DNA of 24,000 nt from an uncultured Candidatus Saccharibacteria bacterium (GTDB taxonomy: Bacteria; Patescibacteriota; Saccharimonadia; Saccharimonadales; AWTP1-31): positions 11,640 to 35,639 of the forward strand of contig CAJAXB010000090.1 in assembly GCA_903946795.1 (NCBI GenBank), written 5' to 3'. The translations under genes were made by a program, and so were the position numbers. The number at the start of each line of letters is the position of its first letter. The first letter of the stretch is position 1. Below are positions 8,045-18,200 of the stretch, piece after piece. The notes under the pieces are model-generated. The model did not search any database, had not been told where the DNA came from, and worked only from the letters and a program-made list of their open reading frames with translations.

Positions 8045-9415
8045 ATGAAAGATAGTCTATGGCAGGCAGTACTAGGTGAAATAGAACTTACTGTTTCGCG
8101 TGCCAGCTTTATTACCTGGTTTAAAAACACTGAGCTGCTAACCAACAAAGACGGGGTTCTTGTTGTTGGTGTGCCGACCGTCTTCGTAAAGAATCAGCTT
8201 GAACGAAAGTTTAATGAACTAATTGTCGACACTTTAAAGAAAAACGGTATTGAGCCGACTAAAGTTGAATATAAGATTCATACAAAAGGAAAAAGCACGC
8301 TTCATAAAAGGCCTAGGGAAGAAACCGTCATGGTTGTTGCGCCCCAACAACAAACAGAAGCAAAGCCTAAATCCAGCTCCAGTGTTCGTCATTCATACAG
8401 ACAAGGCCTAAACGAAAAGTATACGTTCGAAAACTTTATAGTTGGGTCAGGTAATGAACTCGCTTATGCGGCATGTCAGGCAATTGCGAGTGCACCAGGA
8501 ACTCGATATAACCCATTATTCTTATATGGTGGTGTGGGGATCGGAAAGACCCACCTTATTCAAGCTGTTGGAAATGCAATTCTTGCAAAAGATCCTAAGG
8601 CTCACGTTGTCTATATTTCTTCTGAACAATTCGTACAAGAGTTTCTCGATGCGATTCGCTATAAAAAGAATACGGACTTTGCAGGTTTTTATAGAAGTGC
8701 GGACGTTCTTATAGTTGACGACATGCAATTCATAGCAGGAAAGGAGAAAACTCAAGAAGAATTTTTCCATACATTTAATGCACTCCACCAGGCTAATAAG
8801 CAGATTATTATTAGTAGTGATAAACCTCCAAAAGACATTCCTACATTAGAGGAGCGACTACGTTCGCGTTTCAACTGGGGAATGAGTATCGATATGCAAA
8901 TTCCTGATTTTGAAACTCGCTGTGCCATTATTCAAACTAAAGCAACAACGCACGGTATCACACTAGACCCTGGAGTTGTTGAATATCTTGCTAACCATGT
9001 TCAGACAAATATTCGTGAATTAGAAGGGGCATTAAATCAATTACTCGCATTTTGTGAAATGAGGGGCTTACAACCCGATATACAAATCACCACGAGCTTA
9101 CTTGGATCGAGTAAAGTGCGTCCTAAACATATAAATGCAAAACAAATTATAGAAAAAACTGCAAAGCACTATGCGGTAAGTGTTGAAGATATTATGGGAC
9201 CAAAGCGAGATAAAGATATTGTTGTACCACGACAAATCGCAATGTTCATGCTTAGAAGCGAACTTCACTTAAGTTTTCCAAAAATTGCGAGGGAACTTGG
9301 TCGCAAGGATCATACGACCGCAATTCATTCAGTCGAAAAGATAGCTAAAGAAAGTGCGCTCGATGCAGATATGCGAACAGCAATTTCAGAGATTAAGGAT
9401 CGATTGTATGCCTAG
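8045..9415 (+). CDS. dnaA: Chromosomal replication initiator protein DnaA
   Basis: MKDSLWQAVLGEIELTVSRASFITWFKNT N-terminus. Walker A GGVGIGKTHL, Walker B VLIVDDMQF, sensor and box VII regions, and a C-terminal HTH with DHTTAIHSVEKI. I trimmed the track's TTG (7934), which lies inside the DnaA-box region, to ATG 8045. Confidence 0.95.
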   Translation: MKDSLWQAVLGEIELTVSRASFITWFKNTELLTNKDGVLVVGVPTVFVKNQLERKFNELIVDTLKKNGIEPTKVEYKIHTKGKSTLHKRPREETVMVVAPQQQTEAKPKSSSSVRHSYRQGLNEKYTFENFIVGSGNELAYAACQAIASAPGTRYNPLFLYGGVGIGKTHLIQAVGNAILAKDPKAHVVYISSEQFVQEFLDAIRYKKNTDFAGFYRSADVLIVDDMQFIAGKEKTQEEFFHTFNALHQANKQIIISSDKPPKDIPTLEERLRSRFNWGMSIDMQIPDFETRCAIIQTKATTHGITLDPGVVEYLANHVQTNIRELEGALNQLLAFCEMRGLQPDIQITTSLLGSSKVRPKHINAKQIIEKTAKHYAVSVEDIMGPKRDKDIVVPRQIAMFMLRSELHLSFPKIARELGRKDHTTAIHSVEKIAKESALDADMRTAISEIKDRLYA

Positions 9416-9703
9416 TATTAATATGTTGCAGTATTGTGGACAAGCTGTGCAACGAGCTCGGATAGAGCGTAGGATAACTCAAAGCTTTATCCCCTTCCCT
9501 TTTTTTTGCACACATTTTGTGCGCAACGTGTGGGTAAATATACTGCTTTTTACACGATTTATACCTGGGTCTTTTCCACGTATATTAAGCGTCTTACCCC
9601 CTGTTAATCAATACTTATACTCATTACCCACAGGCCTTACTATAAGTACTACATTTCTAAATAAGAATTCATTTAATAATAAGAACGAAGTCAGGAGCTG
9701 TGT
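9416..9703. promoter_or_regulatory. oriC right part: DnaA-box cluster plus AT-rich candidate unwinding element between dnaA and dnaN
   Basis: DnaA boxes are:
- TGTGGACAA, 9435-9443
- TTATCCCCT, 9487-9495
- TGTGGGTAA, 9529-9537
- TTTTCCACG, 9572-9580
- TTACCCACA, 9624-9632
The last box is followed by GGCC, then TTA CTA TAA GTA CTA CAT (9637-9654), then an AT-rich stretch (9655-9690). The dnaN RBS AGGAG is at 9693-9697. Confidence 0.7.
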
Positions 9704-10795
9704 ATGAAACTACAAGTAACTCAAGAAAATCTCAATAAAGCTCTATCAAGTGTTGCACGTATAGCCAATACAAGAGGAACACTCCCTATCCTTGCGAATG
9801 TCGTACTTAGAACAGTTGGAACACGGTTAACTATCGCTGCAACCAACTTAGATATTGCTATTACGCACTACATTGGATCAAAAGTCAGTGAAGAAGGAAG
9901 TATTACAGTCCCTGCCCGACTCATGCAAGATTTCGTCAACAGCTTACCGAGTGGAGTTATTGAACTGAAGCTCGATGATTATAAGCTTCACATAACAACA
10001 GACCAATACAATTCTGTGATTAATGGTGTCTCTGCAGAAGAATTTCCAGTTATGCCGGCAATCTCAGAAGGCAAAACATGGAATATACCGGCGAAGGTTT
10101 TCAAAAAAGGACTTCAACAAGTTCTTGTTGCTGCTAGTAATGATGAGGCTCGACCAGTATTAACCGGACTCTATATCCATACGTCTGGGGATAAATTATA
10201 TATTGCTTCTACAGATAGTTATCGACTCGCTGAAAAAGAAATTATGCCGCTTAAAGAAGATATTAGTCTTCTTGTTCCAGCAAGCTCTATGCAAGAGCTC
10301 CTTCGTGTTGTTGGGGATCAAGAAACGGATATTGAGATTATTCATGACGACCAGCAAGTACTCTTTAAGGTTGGTGAAGTTGAGCTTATGACTCGTCTCA
10401 TTGACGGCACCTACCCCGATTACAAAAAGCTAATACCGACTGAATTCGCCGTAACAGCTACCTTAAAACGTGCTGATTTTGTGAACATTACTAAAGTTTC
10501 GAGTCTGTTTGCAAAAGAAAGTGCAGGAAGTGTCACGATACACGTTAATCCAGATACGAAATCGGTAAGTATTCGTTCTGTTGCATCTCAACTTGGAGAG
10601 AACACTGCTCAGGCAGAAGCTGAAGTGACTGCCGAAGGATCGATAACCTTAAATTCTCGCTATCTACTCGATGCACTTGGAACATTAAATAGCGATACTG
10701 TTATGCTCTGTTTTAATGGTAAACTTGAACCCTGTGTCTTAAAAGAAGCAAAAGCAACCGATTATATACATGTGATTATGCCACTCAAGAGTTAA
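9704..10795 (+). CDS. dnaN: DNA polymerase III beta sliding clamp
   Basis: MKLQVTQENLNKALSSVARIANTRGTLPILANVVL..., ATDSYRLA and LIDGTYPDYKKLIP motifs, 363 aa, in dnaA-dnaN-recF synteny. Confidence 0.95.
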   Translation: MKLQVTQENLNKALSSVARIANTRGTLPILANVVLRTVGTRLTIAATNLDIAITHYIGSKVSEEGSITVPARLMQDFVNSLPSGVIELKLDDYKLHITTDQYNSVINGVSAEEFPVMPAISEGKTWNIPAKVFKKGLQQVLVAASNDEARPVLTGLYIHTSGDKLYIASTDSYRLAEKEIMPLKEDISLLVPASSMQELLRVVGDQETDIEIIHDDQQVLFKVGEVELMTRLIDGTYPDYKKLIPTEFAVTATLKRADFVNITKVSSLFAKESAGSVTIHVNPDTKSVSIRSVASQLGENTAQAEAEVTAEGSITLNSRYLLDALGTLNSDTVMLCFNGKLEPCVLKEAKATDYIHVIMPLKS

Positions 10796-10804
10796 AGTAG
10801 AAGT

Positions 10805-11863
10805 ATGATTACTGACTTACGGCTTCAAAGCTATCGCTCATATGACGATGCTACGTTTGAATTTGGGAAAGGAGTTAATATTATCGTTGGCCCAAATGCG
10901 AGCGGCAAAACGAATCTCCTTGAAGCAATACTTGTTATTTGTCGGGGTTCCTCCTATAGAGTTAAAGATATTGATCTTATAGCATTTCAGGAACCGTGGC
11001 TACGGCTTGATGCGTCTTCAAGTGAAGGTGCACGGAGTGTTATTTTAGAACGTAAAGAACTCGGCACTGAAAAAAAATACATTATTCACTCAGTTCCTTT
11101 AAAACGTTTAGTGCTGACAAAAACAATCCCTGTTGTTGTCTTCGAACCAGATCACCTTCGCCTGCTAAGCGGTGGACCTGAAAGACGTAGAGAATATATA
11201 GACAGTATTCTTGAGCAAACCATTACAGGATTTTCTAAATTACGTCGTGATTACAAAAGAACTCTTGCACAGCGTAATAGGTTACTAAAAAATAGTCTTG
11301 TTCGCTCAGACGAAATGTTTGTATGGAATGTTAGGCTCAGTGAGCTGGCAGGTCAAATCGTTTCATACCGAACGATATTACTTAATAAACTCAATACGGA
11401 TATCCAGACCATTTATCAATCTTTATCACAGACAAGTACAAAGATATCAATTAGTTATGTAAGTCACTGTAAAATTGAAAACTATTCATCTGATCTTTTG
11501 AAACGATTAGAAGCGTGCCTTGATGAAGATAAAACACGCGGTTTCACGTCATATGGACCCCATAGAGACGACATTTTAGTAGAAATAGATAATCACCCTG
11601 CTGCGGTAAGTGCATCACGAGGGGAAAGCCGTACGATCTTATTAACGCTCAAAATATTAGAGCTTAAAATTATAGAAAAAAGCCGTAATAAGAAACCACT
11701 TTTTCTGCTTGATGATGTCTTTAGTGAACTTGATGGTTCACGACGGAAAGCCCTTACAAATTACTTACAGGACTATCAGACGTTCATTACAACGACAGAT
11801 GCCGATATTGTTATTCAACACTTTATTGATAAGTGTACGATTATTCCAATGAATGCAACTTAA
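10805..11863 (+). CDS. recF: DNA replication and repair protein RecF
   Basis: LRLQSYRSYDDATFEFGKGVNIIVGPNASGKTNLLEAI (Walker A), an SMC-type signature region SRGESRTILLTLK, and Walker B LFLLDDVFSELD. Confidence 0.93.
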   Translation: MITDLRLQSYRSYDDATFEFGKGVNIIVGPNASGKTNLLEAILVICRGSSYRVKDIDLIAFQEPWLRLDASSSEGARSVILERKELGTEKKYIIHSVPLKRLVLTKTIPVVVFEPDHLRLLSGGPERRREYIDSILEQTITGFSKLRRDYKRTLAQRNRLLKNSLVRSDEMFVWNVRLSELAGQIVSYRTILLNKLNTDIQTIYQSLSQTSTKISISYVSHCKIENYSSDLLKRLEACLDEDKTRGFTSYGPHRDDILVEIDNHPAAVSASRGESRTILLTLKILELKIIEKSRNKKPLFLLDDVFSELDGSRRKALTNYLQDYQTFITTTDADIVIQHFIDKCTIIPMNAT

Positions 11864-12516
11864 TACGCTCTTAGATTGAGAGAGTTTGCTATATCAAGTG
11901 GTATATCAGGATAATCCTTTTGGCTGACAATAAGTGACGGAGGACGAGTAACGATCTTCCAATTCGTTCCCTCTTTCTTCATTACTACCAGTAATGAATC
12001 TGCGTTGTTCCGATCAGTGCCAACATATTTGAGGGTAGCTCCATACCAATCTCCAAAATGAAAGAGTTTTTCATCTTCAAATATATATCTCCCAGTAATT
12101 CTTGGATATGCAGACGTTGCAGCAGATTGAATAGCGCTTTTTTGTGGTTCAAGTAAAGTTTTTAGTTTTGACTCTGAAAAATAAGGCTCCACGACACTAT
12201 TCGTATTTCCTTGATACAGACTAACCTTTTGATTAAAAGGCTCGTAAGTATCATTTTTCCTACTAACAACACTGTAGCCTCCCTTTTTTAGACGTATCTT
12301 TTGCTTTGAGCTAATATTACTAGCAACTAAATTTTTCTCAGTCAGTTGTTGTGCTTCATTGACGGTATCAGGGCCTGAATTATAGACATCAACGATTAAC
12401 CCGGGGCTTTTATCGGAAAATTCAATAGTAAGGGTATTGAATGTACGCAAGTACATGGTAATACCAATGGCTCCTGCAATTAAGACAGTCCCGATTATAA
12501 TTAGTGTCTTTTTCAT
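11860..12516 (-). CDS. Membrane-anchored/secreted hypothetical protein, last gene of the T4SS-like operon
   Basis: 218 aa with an N-terminal hydrophobic anchor (MKKTLIIIGTVLIAGAIGITMYL). The rest looks beta-rich. The start lies 1 nt after the stop of the upstream gene, with a GGGGGTGA RBS. I recognise no family. Confidence 0.6.
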   Translation of the reverse strand: MKKTLIIIGTVLIAGAIGITMYLRTFNTLTIEFSDKSPGLIVDVYNSGPDTVNEAQQLTEKNLVASNISSKQKIRLKKGGYSVVSRKNDTYEPFNQKVSLYQGNTNSVVEPYFSESKLKTLLEPQKSAIQSAATSAYPRITGRYIFEDEKLFHFGDWYGATLKYVGTDRNNADSLLVVMKKEGTNWKIVTRPPSLIVSQKDYPDIPLDIANSLNLRAY

Positions 12517-12517
12517 A

Positions 12518-13138
12518 TTATTTCACCCCCAAGGGATTAGCGAATTCTGTAAAAATAATTGTATAAAGCGACGGATCATAACCCCAATCTTTAATCTGAG
12601 CGATCGCATACTGTCTGTCTAACGCAGAGGGAGCTTTTATATATAATATAAGATCATCTGGATTCGTTTTTGATATCCCATAGTCAATATTAAAAATAAG
12701 ACTTCGGTATGGTAACTGAGAAGTAATTTTATTTGTATTTCTAAAACGATCGCCTTCAGAACGCGCCTCTTCTCCTGCCAGGCGTTCCCTATTTTTTATA
12801 ATGTCTGGATTTGCAGCGGCCCACTGTAAAGCACTATCTGAATCAGGGTTAGGAAAGACAGTTATCTTTTTAATTGGTGCATTATCTTGTATCGTAACCA
12901 TCTTCTTGACCGTTTCAAAACCTTCGGCACTACCCTCTATTTCATGTACGCCTGGTGATAAATTGATTTTGCCTGCCTTTACATTTTTTCCATCAACTGT
13001 GACTTTTGTAAAATTTGGGATAGTTATAATATCAGCAGTATATTTTCTCGTTGCAGAATAAATTGAATAGATGATTAAGTAGACACTTGCGATAACTGCC
13101 AGAATAATGAATAGTCGCGTTCTTTTTTGTTGGTCCAT
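12518..13138 (-). CDS. Membrane-anchored protein with a PEGA-like beta-sandwich segment (hypothetical)
   Basis: 206 aa with an N-terminal TM (RLFIILAVIASVYLIIYSIY). VTVDGKNVKAGKINLSPGVHEIEGSAEGFETVKKMVTI resembles a PEGA domain. An AGGAG RBS lies 9 nt after the hydrolase stop. Confidence 0.55.
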   Translation of the reverse strand: MDQQKRTRLFIILAVIASVYLIIYSIYSATRKYTADIITIPNFTKVTVDGKNVKAGKINLSPGVHEIEGSAEGFETVKKMVTIQDNAPIKKITVFPNPDSDSALQWAAANPDIIKNRERLAGEEARSEGDRFRNTNKITSQLPYRSLIFNIDYGISKTNPDDLILYIKAPSALDRQYAIAQIKDWGYDPSLYTIIFTEFANPLGVK

Positions 13139-13147
13139 TACATACTC

Positions 13148-15190
13148 CTACTTTTTTCTATACCATCTCGCTTGATTATCTACAGGACTTTCTTTTCCTG
13201 CCATTGGTGCTCTACCACATAACGAAGCTGAGGCTATTTCAGAATTAAAGCCCGCGATTTTACCAGCATACATATATGTATGTCCGGGTGTAAACGCCAC
13301 GTCACCTGGTTGCAAATCAGCAGTGCTATTGACCGTCAAGAGTTGCCAATTTTCTCTTGTCCATCGTTCTTGGCTTGTTGTATTTCCGCCTTTACCGTCA
13401 TAGTTATAGCGAGGATCAAAACCACTATCTATAATTACACGACTTACAAATGCTCCACAGTCGACTCCATCACAACCACCAATATATTGAGATTTTGATT
13501 TTGCGGCAGTAATTGCTGTAGCATATTCTGGTTTTCTATCTGTAGCGCCGGAAGTTCCTTTTGCTCTGTATTCAGGCCAAGCGTAACTTAAAATAGTATT
13601 TGTAATACCATCAGTGTTACCACTCGCAGTATTTTTCGAAACCGGACATCCGATAGATGGAATACTAGCCGGTGTAACTGGTAAGGCTCGTTTAATACCG
13701 TTAGCAATTCCAGCAGCATACTTTAGTTTTTGCTCGGGAGTTAAACCACCACTTCCTGTAGGGGATCCAGCTTCGTTATAGACCCAAGGCACAGAATCTG
13801 ACCAGAGTTGTACTAATGAAAGATTACCCCAGCTTGGAAGACCCCTAGACTGGGGGAAGTATTTCGCTTGGTCCGTATTAACTTTAGTGATTCCTTTTCC
13901 ACCGCGCTCAGCCTTGTCTCTTTCTTCATTAATAATATTGGCATAGGTGGCGCTTTTTTGGGCGGTTTCTTGGTTAGAGAAGCTTACTTTGACCGCTGGA
14001 TTGTCTTGAGACTGACGATAATGACCAACAACTTGCGGCCAGGTCTCTCCCCAATTTTCAAAGGCACCCGAGCCGCTATCGGTATGAATACTGACGGCAA
14101 TTGCAGCACCGGCATTTTTTGCTGCATCTACACGTTGACGTTTACTTACAGAATCATTTGTATTCGTTTTTAACATTACGACCTTATATCCTGCCGTTTC
14201 CAATACGGTTTTTAGAATATTTGAAACGTCTTGCACACTTGTTGCTTCAGGTTCGTTCACGTACTCTAAGTCACCTAAGCCTGTAACTGGATCTATATAC
14301 TGATTCACAACTCCTCCGTGCCCCGGGTCGATCGCAACAACTGGGCCTGTAGGGGTGGTTCCTTCTTGTGCGGTTGAGGTTCCACCGGTGCTCGGTGTAG
14401 CAGTGCCTTTTTTAGTGATATCAATAGCATCGCCCGCTTTTTCTACAATTTGATTAGTAATTTTTGTAACATTTTCAATGTAAACCGGAAGATTATTCTC
14501 AAAAGCTGGTGCATATGCTGGTTTACCTTCAGCACCGTTTAAGTAGCCCTGTAAGCCGGAGTCGAGTGCAAAAACCTCTGAAATATACTGAAACCAATCG
14601 TTAGGTTGACCAACCCGACCGCTAGAAGGATATGTTTTGGCATAGATACTCTCTTGAAAACTTGGCCATTGATACCACTTTCTTGTTCCCTTAAAAACAC
14701 CGGGTTGCCTGTCGGATGCGGTTCGTCCGAAGGCATTGTTGGACCCTTTATCTATCCCACCACTATTTGGAGCGGTACCCATTTGGGATTCCATGGTTGC
14801 CTGTGCGACTGCAAGTATTGGATTTATTCCTGCTCGCATTCCCCCTTGTACAAAATACTTGCCCATACCAACAAACGGTGAGTTACTCTTATAATTAACG
14901 GTATAGTCATCGATTGCTTGCGCTAGCTTAGCTGCATCTTTAATGTATGGAACACGTATAGGGTAATCATTTGCGGCATCGCCAGCAGTATTAGCGTTTG
15001 CGCCACCTGCATCGCCCTCGTTTTTACACGCTTCACTCTCATCATAATAAGCTGTATTGTTCTGAATAGCATCAAAATCTTGTTGAGTAAGAGCGTACGC
15101 TAATCCTGTATTTGATAGCGTAATAGCAAAAATAATAATCAACAATTGAAAGAGTTTAATTACCGAGCGGAAGTATTTAGATGATTTCAT
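13148..15190 (-). CDS. Secreted multi-domain peptidoglycan hydrolase: glucosaminidase/muramidase-like + N-acetylmuramoyl-L-alanine amidase (amidase_3) + NlpC/P60 endopeptidase
   Basis: - **Signal peptide:** MKSSKYFRSVIKLFQLLIIIFAITLSNTGLAYA.
- **Domain 1 (about 14420-14905):** GINPILAVAQATMESQMGT...SNNAFG.
- **Linker:** Thr/Ser/Gly-rich.
- **Domain 2 (about 13670-14341):** VVAIDPGHGG...AIAVSIHTDS.
- **Domain 3 (about 13151-13570):** GGCDGVDCGAFVSRVI...LQPGDVAFTPGHTYMYAG (Cys/His pair).
I chose ATG 15190, which has GGAGG 5 nt upstream, over the track's ATG at 15202. Confidence 0.8.
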   Translation of the reverse strand: MKSSKYFRSVIKLFQLLIIIFAITLSNTGLAYALTQQDFDAIQNNTAYYDESEACKNEGDAGGANANTAGDAANDYPIRVPYIKDAAKLAQAIDDYTVNYKSNSPFVGMGKYFVQGGMRAGINPILAVAQATMESQMGTAPNSGGIDKGSNNAFGRTASDRQPGVFKGTRKWYQWPSFQESIYAKTYPSSGRVGQPNDWFQYISEVFALDSGLQGYLNGAEGKPAYAPAFENNLPVYIENVTKITNQIVEKAGDAIDITKKGTATPSTGGTSTAQEGTTPTGPVVAIDPGHGGVVNQYIDPVTGLGDLEYVNEPEATSVQDVSNILKTVLETAGYKVVMLKTNTNDSVSKRQRVDAAKNAGAAIAVSIHTDSGSGAFENWGETWPQVVGHYRQSQDNPAVKVSFSNQETAQKSATYANIINEERDKAERGGKGITKVNTDQAKYFPQSRGLPSWGNLSLVQLWSDSVPWVYNEAGSPTGSGGLTPEQKLKYAAGIANGIKRALPVTPASIPSIGCPVSKNTASGNTDGITNTILSYAWPEYRAKGTSGATDRKPEYATAITAAKSKSQYIGGCDGVDCGAFVSRVIIDSGFDPRYNYDGKGGNTTSQERWTRENWQLLTVNSTADLQPGDVAFTPGHTYMYAGKIAGFNSEIASASLCGRAPMAGKESPVDNQARWYRKK

Positions 15191-15201
15191 GTGTACCTCC
15201 A

Positions 15202-18200
15202 TTATCTACCATCCACTGACCAATGCCATGTTTCTGATGGTAAATTTTTTAGGCCAAAATTCTGAGCGTTATTTTTTAACCATTTATAGCAAGCTGTTGA
15301 GGCATTACCACAACTACCAAAATCAAGCGCAAGCCCCATCTGGTGATTAGAATAGCCTGGGCGTGCAGTGGGAGGACTACATTGATCGGAAGGTTTTTGA
15401 TATATGTCATTTTGCGAGTCTCCACAATGTTTGCGCCTTAAGTCAATCTGAGAGTCCATAGACCTAAAGGAACTTCCAGATAGATTTACGCCATCTGCGC
15501 GTGCCGCATTCAGAAGATCATCCACATTCTTAGCAATCTGTGCATTCACCTGTCCCATGTTTTGCACTGAGCATACCCGTATTTTAAATAATTGACCGTT
15601 TTGATATCCATCCACAACACCTGCGTCAGTACCGGCAGTACACGTTAAGTTTGATGTATCACCCGCTGTGACAGCAGCTCCTGCAACTGCAGCGGTTTGT
15701 GGTTGTTCTGTAGTGCTACTTTGAGGTCCATTTTGTATATCAATCAACTGGTTTTGTACACTTGTATTACGCTTTGCAAGTCTCCATCTGAAAACAAGAT
15801 CGTTATATTGAGGGTTATTAATACCAAGATTCTGAGGTGAGCAATCACCCGCCGCAGTATTTACTTGGCCGTCTTGCTCTCTTTGTATGTCTCCGGATGA
15901 AAGTAAAGTACCCATTGTACTGCTATAGCATTTGGAGTACTTCCCTTCTATTTCTTCATACTTACCACTAGCTTCAAGTATTAGTTCATTTTCAATAGGG
16001 AAATAATCGGCATTATTTTGAATAATTGACTCTTCATCATTTGACCAACCCCATTGGACGATATTGTATTCCCCTGCACCACTTACTGACGCAGCCCTTA
16101 CTTTGCTTTTGTTTAAAATATTGACAAATATATTACCTGGTACAGACTTAAGCGATGTCAAGATTGAAGAAAACATTTTATCAAAAGCACCCTTTGTATT
16201 AAGGGTAGAAGATAAGGTCGTTGCAGAGCGAGCAATAAGGCTGTTAGGATTTGTTATCGCTAAATATTTTTCACTGAATGGTAGTTGACTATTCTTTTCC
16301 TGGATATAAGCAAGGTCGCTCATGTTTGAAGATAATACCTCTGGCTGGGTCATTGGTCGGCCGTATAATAGTTTTTGATTATTTTGCTGAGCGTATAAAT
16401 TTCCTCCCATATCTACTTGGTTGGCTATAGTTTCGCCCGTCTCAAGCCCATTATTTTGAGCATTAGAATAATTAAGCACCAGCATTTTAGCCAGTTCGGT
16501 TGCCCCAAGAATTAATACGCCATCCCGAAGTATTTTTTTAAAAAAAGATCCACCCGCGGACGCAACTTGCTTACTAATTACTTTTGCTGCAGCACGTCTA
16601 CTACCCGCTTCACCAACTACTCTCTCTAATTTACCTACTGTTTGCTTTGCTAAAAATTCTCCCAATTCCTTGACGCCACCTCCAGCAGCGGTCTTTAAAG
16701 CTCCTGGTGTTCCACCTCCCAATACAGTGAGTGCAACCTCGATGACTCCAAATGCTACACCAACACGAACATCAGTTACGACCTGACAAACGGAGCTAGC
16801 ATTATCAGTAAAGCTTTGAATGATATTAGGAGGCACAAATCCTCCCAAGACAACATTAAACAAACTAAAATTTCCCGTTGCTGTAGCTTGAGGAAGCGCA
16901 GCTGCATTAATCTCATTTGTAGGATCAATATTCTCACCACTTGCTCTACGTAATGGGACCGAGTCAGAAATGTCGCCGAGCTTACCATTAAGACCACCAA
17001 CAGCTTCGACTGTGGTTGCTCCAGCCTTTTGTTGGTCAGCGGCTGAACGCACCATCATATAATTACTGATTAGAGATGATTCTTTTACGTCAGTAGTTTT
17101 AGAGCTGTTTTCTATTGACCCATCAAATATTAGGCACAGCGGGAGCGCAACTGCGTAGACTGTTGAAACTGCACCAGTAACTGTCTTAAAGGCAGACGTA
17201 GGTTTTGATACTTCTTCATCAAACACTGTTGCTGCTTCTTCTTTGAGCTGTTCAGCATTTAATGTTTCGGATCCTTTATCATCAACTTTTTTCTTTATCT
17301 CTTCTTCAACTCGTTTTGCGTCAGTGCAAGTATCTGCGGATGCGCAATTAGAGTAATCAGGTTTAGTGCTTCTCTCAAAAGCTTTTTTTGATTCAAGATA
17401 TTCAGCGAATTGTTGCTTAATCCCCTGATATGTACTTCCTCTTTTTTCCCACCAATATAACTTGACACCTCTTTCACTGAGGATTTGTCTCATTACTTTA
17501 CCGCGGACAAGGCTATTGGTTCCTTTAAGTTCGGTTTCTAGCGTAGACTCTAGCTCGGCTGCGAAACGTAGTTTTTCCTTATATCCCTGTATAGGCTTAT
17601 ACCACTTAGTGTCGGTGGGCTCTAAAAGAGCACCATTTGGTAATTCCCAACCTTTAAAAACCTGTCTATTGCCGGGTAAAAAACGTCTCGGGGGGCCTTC
17701 TTCAAAGACAGGCGTTATTTTGCTATTAACCTCTTGATAAACTTTTTTTGGCCTTAGATTATTGTATCGATCAAGAGTAGACTTAACACTTGATTCATTC
17801 CACCGTTTTGACATAGCCGCAAATCCGGATTCGGTCAACGCTGCTGATTCTATACTTGATGCCATGTTTTGTGTGCTTGCAGATCTGAATGTTCGGGCCG
17901 TTCGAGCCATATTCCAAACAGTTACGTTTTCTGCTAAGTGTATGATTTTAGCACTGCTTAATGTAGATAAAAGAATTAATGCCAGTATAAGTACTCCACC
18001 ACCTGCACTACCTAAAAGAATGAGTGATTTACCTGAAAGCTTGCCAGAACCCTTCTTTTTAGTGGGTGTCTGTTTATAAGTAAAATTACCGTCGTCTTCT
18101 TGTTCTTGATTTACCAGCTTCTTTTCGCTTGTTTCAGCTGCAGAGCTCTGTGTAGATGAAGACCCCTCTTCTGCTTTTTTTAATTCTGAAGCAGAACTTT

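Noticed and set aside
9354-9707. 117-aa plus-strand ORF spanning the dnaA 3' end and the dnaA-dnaN spacer
   Set aside because: It overlaps dnaA out of frame and covers the DnaA-box/AT-rich origin module. It has no RBS, and its sequence looks like a translated regulatory region rather than a protein.
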